This document shows, one piece after another, positions 37,614-50,160 of a stretch of DNA of 64,000 nt. The stretch is from Octopus sinensis (Eukaryota): NCBI RefSeq assembly GCF_006345805.1, contig NC_043001.1:28148001-28212000 (forward strand), in the 5' to 3' direction. Below the pieces are notes generated by a model, which saw only the letters and a program-made list of their open reading frames with translations, ran no database searches and had not been told where the DNA came from. The translations under genes and the position numbers were made by a program. Position 1 is the first letter of the stretch; each line of letters opens with the position of its first letter.

Positions 37614-38140
37614 TTTTCAAACAGTTTTCATCGTTCTGAACACAATCAAGATCTTGTGCAACTGAAACCCGAGTATCTTTTGGTCAGCTGAAAGCAGTTT
37701 TGGCACAAACTTGGCAGACACACGGCTCATACTCAAAGCTTCAATGATAATGGACTGAACTGAAGCGTAACTAATCTGCATATCTTGTGATAACTCACGG
37801 GAGGTGATTCGACGATTTCCCCTCAATGCTGCGAGTTCATCTGCGAGGTTTTTCTCATTTCTGCTGGTTGCGGGTCTCCCAGAACGTTCGGGAATATCGA
37901 CATTTTTTCGGCCACCTTGGAAGCATCTGAACCACTCATACATTTGTGTGCGGCTCATACACTTTGCTGCATACACTTTGCTGCATACACTTTCTGCAAC
38001 TTTGCGTATGCCTCTGAGGAGGTATCTCCATAACAACTTTCTCTACCACTGATCACGCGCTACACACGTTTCTACCAAGCACTGCTGTAAACAGCGGAAG
38101 TGAGCTAGAATGTAAAACTTAGTGCGCATGCATATAGAGG
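37614..38140 (-). mobile_element. Mariner 5' transposase fragment in opposite orientation
   Basis: MSRTQMYEWFRCFQGGRKNVDIPERSGRPATSRNE..NRRITSRELS..VSAKFVPKLLS (mariner HTH region). Confidence 0.85.
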
Positions 38141-39238
38141 AGTTCACGGCTGGAACGCTTTTCTTAATATGTCCACTCTGCCAGGGCTGACATTAGGTTA
38201 CAGAACAACAATAATCATAACATAAGTAACAACAACAAGAATTTACAGAAACAACAATTTTCCAACACCTCTCAATCAAATATTTCCATTTCTTCGTTTC
38301 CACTTTAAAATTTTCTTTCCTCTCCAAACCATTTTCGCTCCATTCCTAGAGATTCCATCCTCATAATGTTATATATACGGTAACGTAGTCTCTCCGGAAT
38401 ATTCTCCTGCTTCCTTTTCCAATTTTCTTATTTTTTCCTTCCTTCCTTCCTTCCCCTTGCTCCTATTTTCTCTTCAGAATTCTTGTTTCCGTTTTCCATC
38501 TACTTCCCTACCTTCTAGATCTCCCTATCTATTAACCCTATATCATATTATTCAAATCATTCCATTTCACCCCCACCCCCCACGCAACCCACTAACCAAC
38601 AATTATGTCCACCACAACCACTTTACAACTTCAAGAGCAAATTTCTTCCTTATTCAATTAATTTTCACAAATGAAAAAAAAAAAAAAAAACACTAAAAAG
38701 AACGAAACAAAATCAAGACTCTTCGACCATTCCAACATCACTGCTTATGCCACGATTCTGCTCTAATCCTTCAAATTTTCTTATATTTCTTCAATATTCT
38801 CTTTCCTTCTAATTGTAATTGTGGTTACTGAAATTTTTGTCTTTTTGATAGTAATGGTGACGTCGGTGAGGTCCGTGTTGGGAACCTCCTCAATTAGACT
38901 GCTCTTAATAACTTTTTAAATATACACATAACCGCACGCATGCGCATGCGCATACACACGCACACGCGTCCGCTCTCTTTCTCATTTGCGCCGTTCACTT
39001 TCTCTCTCACACTCAATTTTCCTATAGTTATTTTTTAAGTTAGTTTCGTTTCAACGTCTGTCAAAGTCATGTTACTTATTACAGTCAATCCATCATTCAC
39101 ACAACTATTTCTAACACTTAGCAAATTACATAGAGGAATACACATGTGCGCGCATACACAAACACACGCACATACGCACACACATATATGTATAAGAGAA
39201 AGAGAGAGAGAGGCAGACAGACAGACAACCAGACAAAC

Positions 39239-39302
<64 letters not shown>

Positions 39303-39563
39303 GTTAGTTAGTTAGTTAGTTAATTTGGCTCAAAAGCAAATAGCAAGGCCATGTAGGGAGACATGGAGTTAAGTACAGGGTGGTGTTCATGTAAAGAGTT
39401 CAGGCCACTTGAGGTCAAGGGAGACTTTGAACAAAGCGGTCGTCGGCATCTTCACCATCTCGTCTGGCAGCTTGTTCCACGGATTCGCAACCCGGACGGA
39501 GAAAGCTCCTCTCCTTCGATTGAGATGAAATCGTCGCAGGTAGAGCTTTTCGGAATGATGTGC
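39303..39563 (-). mobile_element. CR1-clade LINE 3' end with (TAAC)n tail
   Basis: HSEKLYLRRFHLNRRRGAFSVRVANPWNKLPDEMVKMPTTALFKVSLDLKWPELFT*; same family as 560-792. Confidence 0.85.
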
Positions 39564-39735
39564 TTCTTTATTAGCCACACAGGGCTGCACACAGACGGGA
39601 CAGATTACAAAGTAGAACTTTTCTTTTTGGGGAGAGAAAAATAAAATTTGGGGTAGGTTTTCGATCAAAAGGGATCGTAAAAGGGAAAGAAAAAAAAAGG
39701 AAAGAAAAAAAAGTGATCAATAGGGATCGTGTATT
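39564..39735 (-). mobile_element. LINE-like family E 3' end
   Basis: Near-identical to 27793-27965. Confidence 0.75.
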
Positions 39736-39949
39736 AGACAGATAGATAGATATAAGTTCTTGACATCCAAAGACAGCCGGTCCCACCTAGGCCATGACTT
39801 CCGGGTCTGTTGCTAAAGTTTTTGAAATGCCATCTTCAGTGTGGATTGAACTTCAAGCAGTCAGGAGATGCAATATCTTTGAGTTGTTTTGTATGTCTAT
39901 AGTCTTTATACTAGACATGTTTATTAACGGTGGAGCTAAGGACTATATT

Positions 39950-40365
39950 CTTTTATTCTTTTAATTGTTTCAGTCATTTGACTGCGGCCATGCTGGAGCA
40001 CAGCCTTTAGTCGAGCAAATAGGCCCCATGACTTATTCTTTGTAAGCCTAGTACTTATTCTATCGGAGTCTTTTGCTGAACCGCTATGTTACGGGGACAT
40101 AAACACACCAGCATCAGTTGTCAAGCGATGTTGTGGGGACAATCACAAACACACACACACACACACACACGCACGCACACACACACACATATATATATAT
40201 TCGACGGGCTTCTTTCGGTTTCCGTCCACAAATCTACTCACAAGGCTATGGTCGGCCCGAGGCAATAGTAGAAGGCACTTGCCCAAGGTGACACGCGGTG
40301 TGAATGAACCCGGAACCATGTGGTTGGTAAGCAAACTACTTACTACAGAGTCAATCCTGCGTCTG
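39950..40365 (-). mobile_element. SINE family A
   Basis: Colinear with 7301-7701. Confidence 0.88.
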
Positions 40366-40382
40366 TGTATATATACATATAC

Positions 40383-40445
<63 letters not shown>

Positions 40446-41230
40446 AGAAGAGAGAGAGAGAGAGAGGGAAGGGAGAGGGGAGAGAGGAAGGGAGAGAGAA
40501 AGAGATAAGCAGTTCGGCAAAGCAACTGTTGGAATATTACCAGTTATGTACTGGGGTCGATTTGTTCGACTAAACCTTCTCAGGCTGTCTCAACATGGCT
40601 ACCCATTTTCACCTATTTATTTATTTATTTATATATGTGTGTGTGTGTATTATATATGTATGTGTGTATGTGTAAGAGTCTGTGTGAGTGTGTGTATGTG
40701 CCTCGTTGTCCTGTTTGTAACGCAAGACAAAAAACAACAATGACGTCTTAGTTCTAAAGCTTTATCGACTTGTCTCGTAATGCTCTGGTTTATGTAAGAA
40801 AAGTCATAGCACCTCATTTATTTTATTTTAAATATCTTCTTTCCTGTATATTTAAGACGAAATACTTCTTTAATGAGAGGCTGAATGTTTCAAAGGTCGC
40901 TTGTTCGTCTGTTCATATCAGCCAGAAATATTTCATTTCTTTATATCAACAGCATAATTGTTTTTATCTTGATATTCTTGTTCAGTGTTTCAAGTCTCAA
41001 TGACAAGTCGTTTCTCTTGTGCAATGTTTAACGGTTTCTTAAGAAAAAAGGTTTGTTTTATTTCGTTATGTAAGTAGATAGGTAGGTAATCTAAAGATTT
41101 ATCTTCCCCAACTTAGTACTGATACTAATTTTGCCAATCCAGTATATTGGAACTGTAACAAGCTGTAAAAAATTTGGTGAATTCTTAACGTCTATAATGG
41201 AAAGAAAAGAATTATTATCACTATTAACAA

Positions 41231-41430
41231 GGCGATGAGCTGGCAGAATCGTTAGCACGCCGGGAAAAATGTTGCGTGGCATTTCCTCCGTCATTACGTT
41301 CTGAGTTCAAATTCCGCCAAGGTCTATTTTGCATTTCATCTTTTTGGGGTCGATAAATTAAGCACCAGCGAAACACTGGGGTCGATTTAATCGACAACTA
41401 CCCTCCTCCAAAATTTCAAGCATTGTGTTC
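41231..41430 (+). mobile_element. SINE family B (alternative 3' tail)
   Basis: ggcgatgagctggcagaatcgttagcacgccggg..gagttcaaattccgcc..gggtcgataaattaag. Confidence 0.8.
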
Positions 41431-41680
41431 TTATTATTGGACTCATTGATGGCACGTTTCTTCCGCTACAAGTTCATTATTTGCAAGCACTGAGAAAGAA
41501 GAAAAACATGAATTACTGTAGAGTAAGAGTTACTCTACAATCATGGGCAACATATCAGTAAATTATACCCAACCCTGCCTTACAACAACGGTGCAGCATA
41601 CGTACTTATGCAAATGTACACATACAGACACATACCCATATGCTTGTCTACACACGCACACACACACACATATATATATA

Positions 41681-41970
41681 TAAGCAAAAAGGATATCCAG
41701 AGGTAATGCAGTACGATCGTTTCAAGTAACTCCATTTAATTGAACAATACAATCGTTACACCAATTTAAATGCAGAGCAATCCTCAGCTGCATAAAGACA
41801 GAATTTAATTAAATTAAAACAAATGGACGCGTATATTTAGTTAAATTCTATGTCTTTGTGCAGCGGAGGATTGCTTTGCCTTTAAATTCATATAATGATT
41901 GCATTGATCAATTAAATAGAGTTGCTTGAAACAATCGTACTGCATTACCTCTGGATATCCCTGTTGCTTA
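41681..41970. mobile_element. TA-flanked foldback element, about 130-bp arms, each with a hammerhead motif
   Basis: taagcaaaaaggatatccagaggtaatgcagtacgat.. vs RC taagcaacagggatatccagaggtaatgcagtacgat.. Confidence 0.85.
41706..41793 (-). ncRNA. Type-I hammerhead motif with extended stem II
   Basis: ATGCAG-CTGAGGA-[57 nt, containing CATTTAAATTG/CAATTAAATG pairing]-GAAAC-GATC-GTA|CTGCAT; 6-bp stem I, palindromic ACGATCGT stem III; mirror copy 41858-41945 (+) has U4G. Confidence 0.7.
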
Positions 41971-42065
41971 TTTTGATTTTAATCATCTTATTTTGAAATT
42001 GTATGGATGATACTGTACTAAATCTGGTACTAAACTTACATATACAGTCCTGGCAATATAATATG

Positions 42066-42106
<41 letters not shown>

Positions 42107-42242
42107 TACATATATGCATGTATATATACATGCATACATGTAACAAACGTTCGTTATTGTCGAACGAACGATTGTTACATTTAAAGTTATTTTTTTCTTC
42201 TACATCTCTTGCAATATATGTGTGTGTATGTGAGTGTGTATC

Positions 42243-42428
42243 ACGTGATCGACCAGGCCATCGGATGTTGTTATACATCGCTGGTCACAATGCGCTTTGC
42301 ATCGTTTTTCGCTTACCGATGATGCCAACCCACTGGCTAGGCCAGCATGCCAGCATTCTCTCTAGACGGAAGGCAATCCGTCACAGGGTTACCCATTTAT
42401 AGGTGAGTGGACTGGAGTAGGGTGAGGG
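42243..42428 (-). mobile_element. SINE family D relative with RTE-like 3' tail
   Basis: ggtgagtggactggag core; tail gatcgaccaggccatcgg..acatcgctggtcaca resembles the RTE end at 1268-1320. Confidence 0.65.
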
Positions 42429-42738
42429 TCGCAGATTGGAAAACACTTCAAAGCGTCGGAAAAAATGCCTTTTTATATTTCTTCCGGTTCTTTACTTAAT
42501 CCCTCCGCGGTTAATTTCAAGTTCAGGATCAATAAGATAAAATACCTTTCCTGTACTAGGATCTTTGGCATCGAGTAATCTACCGCCTTTCACATCTGGT
42601 ATTCCTGTACCTTAAATACAAACCGTTATATGTAAGTATGTATGCGTCTATCTATCGATCTATGTATGTATGTATATATGTATGTATGTATTTATCTATC
42701 CATCTATCTATCTGTAAATGTATCGTTCCATCTATGTA

Positions 42739-42773
<35 letters not shown>

Positions 42774-43569
42774 GTGTGTGTGTGTGTGTATACAAAATAG
42801 ATAAATAGATAGATGATTGATAGATAGGTAGAAATATGCATGCACACATACATACATACTCACATAAATACATACATGTTTACATATATATATATATGTA
42901 TGTAATTATGTGTCTAATATATATATATATATATATATTATATTATATATTATATATATACATATATACACATACATATATTCACATACATATATATATA
43001 CATATATATCTATGTATACACGTATGTATTTAGGCGTGCATATATATGTTTGCATGCGTATATCTATCTATCTATCTTCTATATATTTATCTCTCGCTTT
43101 CTATCTATCTATCTACCTGTGTGTGCATGTATATATATATATATATATATATATACACGTATGCAGATACATGCATTTGTGTGTATATATGTGAGCGTGT
43201 GTATGTTACTAATTCAGGAAATAGGTACATACGAACAAAAAAAAAATGGCTCGACAGAAGAAACAGAAACGGCAAAGGATTGTTGCTACCGAATGTTTCT
43301 TTGTAAACAAAGATGGTATTAAAGAACGATCCCATAGCAACGTCCAGGACATTATAGAATCCATACAGCTAACCACTTACCATTGTAACCACTTATCGCT
43401 AAGCACTTCAGATCATTTAAAGACCCGTATTGCATTCGATTCTACACTACCTACTTAAGATATTCTCGCTGCTAGATGATTGCTAATAAATTAGCTAATT
43501 ACGCCTGTTTTAATGAAATCTTTCATATTGCTTTTGTCACTTGTTGATACCGAGTCGATAATGTCAGGC

Positions 43570-43985
43570 CAAACAACCACCACCACTATCACTGCTACTA
43601 TAACCACTGCCACTATAACCACTGCCACCACCACCACCACCACCACCACCATCACTGCCACTACAACCACTGCCACCACCACCACCATCAGTACCACCAC
43701 CACCACTGCCATCACCAACACCACTACCATCACCACCACCACCACCACCACCACCGCCACCACCACCACCACCACCACCACCACCACCACCACCACCACC
43801 ACCGCCACACCACCCCGCCACAACCACCACCACCACCACCACCACCACCACACACCACCGCTACCACCACCACCAACCACCACCACCACCACCACCACCA
43901 CCACCACCACCACCACCACTGCCACCACCACAACTACCGCTGCTGCCGCAGTCAACGTCACCGCTGTCACCGCTACCACCGCCAT
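43570..43985. repeat. (CAC)n trinucleotide tract
   Basis: Directly visible; source of the poly-Thr/Val/Gly/Trp pseudo-ORFs. Confidence 0.95.
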
Positions 43986-44336
43986 CATCATCTGTAGTCG
44001 CCATCTTAATTTCTCCTTTCTTTCTCGTTATCGTTGTCATGGTGTTTGCGTCTCTCATCTTGGAGAGCCTTTTCATTTTGTTCTGTTTTATTTCCCTGCT
44101 TCCCCCCAGTTTCCTCGAGTGTTGAAGAGCTCTCCTATATTGTTTACATACACATTTTATTAAGATTCTAATTCTGTGTAGTGATATTCACCGTTCTATT
44201 ATACTTATTTCTTACAAGAAATAACTACAACTACCTTACACATGTCCATTTTCTTCACTTTTACTCTCGTTCATCAACCTCAAATCATTTCTTTTCTCTT
44301 TTCTTTTTTCATTCACATTTCATCATTCATATTTCA

Positions 44337-44455
<119 letters not shown>

Positions 44456-44456
44456 G

Positions 44457-44529
<73 letters not shown>

Positions 44530-44602
44530 GAGCATGATCCTGTAAATCGTAAAGAGAGAGAGAGAGAGAGCACTTTGCTCTCATGTATTTTTTCCTCCCT
44601 GC

Positions 44603-44863
44603 CTGTGGTTACTGTGGTCTTTTCTGAAGGCTTTTCTTTCCACGGATGAACCTAATGTTGTTTATTATTTTGAAAAAAAAAATTTTTTCTTTCTGTGATA
44701 CACGATCCCTTTTGATCGCTTTTTTTTTCTTCCGATCCCTTTTGATCGAAATATTACATTTGTTTCCTTTGTTTTCTTCTTTTCCTTTTCCACCACCGAA
44801 AACAAAAACTCTACATTTGTAATTGTCCCCTCTGTGTCCAGCCCTGTGTGGCCAATAAAGAAA
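44603..44863 (+). mobile_element. LINE-like family E 3' end, diverged
   Basis: gtggttactgtggtcttttc..cacggat..gatccctttgatcg..gccctgtgtggccaataaagaaa. Confidence 0.7.
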
Positions 44864-44864
44864 G

Positions 44865-44938
<74 letters not shown>

Positions 44939-44941
44939 CTT

Positions 44942-44992
<51 letters not shown>

Positions 44993-45187
44993 CTGTCTGT
45001 CTATCTATCAATGTACCGTAAATCCTCGAGTATAATCCACATTTTTTCCCATAATTTATATGTCAAAATCCCTAGTGCGTACTATATACGAGGTTAAAAA
45101 TGAAAAATATTTTCTAAGCAATGTCCGAGTCTCTATTTGCTGTGCGGCAATGTTTATTCAGACGCATTTTGTGATGTCGGGCGCGAA

Positions 45188-45230
45188 AGTCTTTTACGTT
45201 TCGAGCCTACGCTCTTCGACAGAAAGGACT
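45188..45230 (-). ncRNA. Hammerhead motif, A6U core change
   Basis: AGTC(C)TTT-CTGTCGA-A-GAGC(GTAG)GCTC-GAAAC-GTA|AAAGACT. Confidence 0.65.
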
Positions 45231-45817
45231 AAGAGGAAATAAATAGAGAAACAAGAAGAAAAATGAGCACAGTTTAGTGGTCCAACATGGCGAAAGATTG
45301 GAAAAAAATGAGCTTGCATGATAGGGAGATAATAATGATGATCCCAACAAAAGGAGGTGCGCAAGCGTGTGTGTATGTGTGTGTGAGAATAGTGTGTGTA
45401 AGTTTGTAAGTGTGTATGTCTGAATGGGGACGAGTGAGTTTGACTTGTGTGTATCTGCGTGTGTTTGAGCTTGTGTAACATGTGTGTGTGCGTTGGACGT
45501 AGCACTTGATGTGTGCTTTTTCACGTAGTGTGTGCACATGTGTGTCTCTATGATCAAATAGTGCGCATGTGTATAGTGTATGTATGTGGCCGAAATATTA
45601 ACTAAGAGCATGTGTGTTTGAAAAGCTTAATCGAAAGCCCTCACACACTAGGAAAAAACATCTTCAAAAAACGGTTAGAAACATCCTGATAAAAATATAA
45701 TTTATTTTTATTCCTTTTTATGCTTAAAAACTGTATTAAGCAATTTTTCACAAAGACTTGCAAATATATATAGATATACAAACGCGCGCGCGCACACACA
45801 CACACACATACACACAC

Positions 45818-45970
45818 TATGGGGTGGTGAAAAGTTCCTGGCTATGGGTAAAAGTAAATACAGGAGGATCAGCTAATTATGATTGTATTCAATATGTTCC
45901 CCTCTAAAATTCACTCACTATTGCAGTAGTCCTTCAGTTTTTCGAAGCTCTGTAAAAGAACTCGGATGGT
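45818..45970 (+). mobile_element. Mariner-derived MITE, truncated
   Basis: Homologous to the left part of 51373-51592; cut exactly at the start of the 45971 duplication. Confidence 0.7.
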
Positions 45971-46768
45971 ATTTCGAAACGTACGTCCGTAGATAACTTA
46001 AAATTGTATGATAGATTGCCGTCAATTCATTCTCTCTTACCTGTTTGTGTCTGCCTTCCAATTGCTGTTTTTACTGAGATCTCCTTTTTAGTAGAAGAAA
46101 TAGCTATAACTCTTTGACTGCTATTTCTAAATTCGGTATGTGGTAAGCAATCCGTTGCTTAAACCCTTTATTGCTTAGTATTACTTAAATTTTCCTCGAA
46201 TGAGGCTTTTACATGCCGAAGACTACTGGGTGTAATTGATAATTATTCCAAATTAATTATTTCACCCTTCATTTTACGGAAACCATATTTATCTCAGTAG
46301 ATGACCACAGCATCTTGTTTTGGCTACACGCGCGTGGGAAGGGGCTGGTGACACAATTTCCATTCACACATTGAATTGTGGTGATACTAGTGCGGATTCT
46401 AGTTCGCTCTGATACTGAGTTGAGTTGGTGCCTTCTAGTATCTCAAAATTCAATATATAATCATTTATGATTATAGTATTTACGCTGAAGAGAAAGAAGT
46501 TTTTTGGTAAGATAGAATTATTTAATATTTAATTCTTATGCTTTCCTAAAGACTTGATTTCGAAACGTACGTCCGTAGATAACTTAAAATTGTATGATAG
46601 ATTGCCGTCAATTCATTCTCTCTTACCTGTTTGTGTCTGCCTTCCAATTGCTGTTTTTACTGAGATCTCCCTTTTTAGTAGAAGAAATAGCTATAACTCT
46701 TTGACTGCTATTTCTAAATTCGGTATGTGGTAAGGCAATCCGTTGCTAAACCCTTTATTGCTTAGTAT
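45971..46768 (+). repeat. About 211-bp direct repeat pair (45971-46181, 46557-46768), period 586 bp
   Basis: Copies differ only by 1-nt homopolymer indels; each begins atttcGAAACGTACGTC. Confidence 0.9.
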
Positions 46769-46884
46769 ATATATATATATATATACACACCCAACAGAGT
46801 AAACGAAACACATCAGAAATGAAATGAATTATCTTCTTTTTATTATCATCATCATTATTATAATTATTATTATTATTATTTTTA

Positions 46885-46943
<59 letters not shown>

Positions 46944-46945
<2 letters not shown>

Positions 46946-47145
46946 GTCAGCGAGCTGGCAGAATCGTTAGTGCGGCGGGCGAAAGCTTAGCGTTATTCCA
47001 CCCGTCGTTCAGATTCCACCCGGGGTCAACTTTGCCTTTCATCCTTTCGGGCTTGGTAAAATAAGTACCAGTGAAACACTGGGGTCAATGTAATTGGCTA
47101 GTCCCCTCCCCACAAATTTGAGGCCTTGTCTCTCCAGTAGAAAGG
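46944..47145 (+). mobile_element. SINE family B (alternative tail)
   Basis: cgagctggcagaatcgttag..ctttgcctttcatcctttcggg..gtaccagtgaaacactggggtc. Confidence 0.8.
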
Positions 47146-47509
47146 ATTATTATTATTATCATCATCATCACTGTCGTTATTGTTGTTGCTATTAGCGTGT
47201 TTCTGATGAACCAATTATGGATTCTGTATTTGCTTCATTGAATGACGTCTCTGCACTAAATCGGATTGTTCCGGAAAATATGCAAATCAACTAGAGAACG
47301 GATGTGATGGCGCAAAACATCAAGAAGTCCGACCACAACGAACGATTGTTACATTAGAGCTCTTTATTTATTCTGCGTCTCTTGCAAAAGATGGCGTCAG
47401 TGAAACTGTAGCTGGAATAAGGGACACGGATAAAATTTGCCACGAAATAGGAAATAAAATTGGTCAAATGTCTGCCAACATTTATTTTTATTATTCCTCC
47501 TCGTTAAGC

Positions 47510-47563
47510 TGCTACTGCTGTTTTTACTGTTGCCTGCAGCTGCTGCTACTTTTATTAGTAGTG

Positions 47564-47602
<39 letters not shown>

Positions 47603-47751
47603 ACTACTACTACTACTACTACTACTACTGCTGCTGCTGCTGTTGCTGCTGCTACTACTACTACTACTACTACTACTACTATATACTACTACTACAACTA
47701 CTACTACTGCTGCTGCTGCTACTGCTGCTGCTGCTGCTACTGTTACTGCTG

Positions 47752-47838
<87 letters not shown>

Positions 47839-47850
47839 TTACTACTTGCA
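47510..47850. repeat. (TAG)n/(CTA)n/(CTG)n trinucleotide tract
   Basis: Directly visible. Confidence 0.95.
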
Positions 47851-47964
47851 CTCAGAACGTAAAGAACCTGAAGAAATACCTCTAAGTACCTAAACATTTT
47901 GTTCGACGCGCTAACAGTCGTGGCTGCTTGCCGCCTTGATAATAATAATCATATTTTCTGAATT

Positions 47965-48325
47965 TAATACAAGGCCAGAAATTATTGAGAGAAGGGTCAA
48001 GTCGATTGCATCGATCACAGTGATCAGCTGGTACCGATTTTATCGACCCCGAAAGGACGAAAATGAAACTCGGCCGCAGTGACACTTGATTTTAGAACGT
48101 AAAGCCGGAAAAAACGCTGCTACACATTTGGTCCGACGCGCTACAGAGCTGGCATAACCGTTAGCACACCGGATAAATTGCTTAGCGACATTTCTTCTGG
48201 CTTTCCGTTCTGAGTTCAACTTCCACCAGGGACGACTTTGCATTTCATCGTTTGGGGTTCGATAAAAAAATACCAGTTGAACACTGGGTTCAATGTAATC
48301 GACTAGACCTCTACCCTAAAATTTC
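47965..48325. mobile_element. Two degraded SINE family B copies, head to head
   Basis: Minus copy about 47965-48146 (tcgaccccgaaagga), plus copy about 48147-48325 (gagctggc..gagttcaa..ttcgataaa). Confidence 0.7.
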
Positions 48326-48531
48326 AGTTTTGTTTAAGGATGATGAGCAAAATAGCCATATTTTCAGAAGTGGATTATTCAAATCCCAAAGAATTCCTCT
48401 CATCACATAGCTATGATATTCCCCAACTACTTCTGCTCGTGATCAGATGCACATATCGTCAGCCACTAAGGAACATGCTCAACTGGTTAAAGTCAAACAA
48501 CTGACAAGCAAATCTTTGGTATTTGCACGAT

Positions 48532-48840
48532 GCACGAGTACATGGAACATGAACTATTCTTTCGAACAACGAATGGAAAATGGAAAACAAAACAAACAAT
48601 ATAAAGAACCACTGCTTGTGTTACCAATTTTGACCCTCCGCAAAATCCTAAATATTATTTAATTTGCTTTGCGGGAGCATCTGTTTTATCGAAAGCGTAT
48701 ATTGTTGTTAAATGCTCGAAACACGGGACTAGAAAATCAACCAACAACTGATGAAGGGTCGTTCTTTATGTTGTTTGTTTTGATTTCCATTTGTGTCTTT
48801 CGTTGTTCGAAACAATAGTTCATGTTCCATGTGCTCGTGC
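48532..48840. mobile_element. Foldback element, about 78-bp arms
   Basis: gcacgagtacatggaacatgaactattctttcgaacaacgaa.. (48532-48609) vs RC at 48761-48840. Confidence 0.75.
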
Positions 48841-49578
48841 TTCCTATTTTTTGTTGTATACGTTTCATGACATCCTGTGCCCACACATGCTTACATATAT
48901 ACGTATAGATGTATGTACATATACGTATGTATATATGCATATATATATTATTTATATTATTATATGATTGAACGCCATGCATCCTCTTGTAAGTAAGTTT
49001 ACATACACACACACACTCACACACAGATATATATATATATGTATTTATGCATGTATGTATGTATGTATGTATGTATGTATGTATGTATATATGTATGTAT
49101 GTATGTATGTACATAAACATTTTAGAATTGAATTGCACTCGATCCTTGCTTGCAGATACAAGATGACATATCTGAAATATAAAGAATTCTCTCGCTCTCT
49201 TTTGATCAGAGCGAAAGTAGAGATTCACAATGTCCCGCTACTAACAAGGAACAGAACAAATAATATCAAACAACTTGTCAAACAATATAATGCAGATGAA
49301 GGATATAGATTATATAAAAAAGGATTCCAAAGAAAATTCAAGTAGGAACAAATGATGAAACTACTTATAGTAAAAATAATATATGAGAAAAAGATAAAAA
49401 TATGAGATGACGAATGACATATATTAGGTAGATATATAAAAGCAATTATTGTCTTGTGTTAAAAGTATCACTAAGACTTCACTTCATCATCTAAGTTTTT
49501 AATTTCTATGAACCTGTTTATCTAGACAGCTAATGTAATACATACACACGTTTGTGTGTGCGCGCGTGTGTATATACA

Positions 49579-49633
<55 letters not shown>

Positions 49634-49659
49634 AAGAGTAAAAAATATATACAAACTGG

Positions 49660-49990
49660 GACAAGAACGTGAAACACCTAGAAGACGACACAAGAACCAC
49701 AGGACGGGACATTCGAAGCTCTCGGTCATCAGTCAAGAACCGGATCATCTTCGCAATTTCGGCTGATTAATCTTGAGATTGCTCCGATCTGGGCAGCCAC
49801 CAAGGGAAATCTAAGCCAAGCGCATTAGATCCTTTGGAAGAAAGCCTCGAATGTATACAACACAAGGACGGAAAACGGACGATGTACACGAATAAAAATA
49901 CAAAAATACGTGAAAACAATAAGGAAAGCACGAATAAGAATACAAAAACGTAAAAACAATAATGGTAAGGATAAAAACAAAACCAGGACG
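49660..49990 (-). repeat. Dispersed repeat related to the 58938/59776 direct repeats
   Basis: Shares aatctcaagattaatcagccgaaatt..gatgatccggttcttgactga..gtcgtcttcta. Confidence 0.7.
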
Positions 49991-50160
49991 TAGGACAAGG
50001 GTCTTTCGACAGGACATATATATATATATATATATATGTACATGCATACATACATACATCTATATTCATACACACATATATATATGGCTGCTTGCTTCTC
50101 TGAAGTCTGTCAGAATGCGAAGAAATGGCTAAAACTTGCTCTGTTTATAATTATACCATA

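Noticed and set aside
43370-43445. Minus-strand perfect donor ATG|GTAAGT with a short open frame
   Set aside because: No polypyrimidine acceptor and no recognisable peptide.
43491-44163. Poly-Thr/Val/Gly/Trp ORFs resembling mucin or glycine-rich proteins
   Set aside because: (CAC)n tract open in most frames; no splice or homology support.
47468-47897. Poly-Tyr/Cys/Leu/Ser ORFs
   Set aside because: Trinucleotide repeat.
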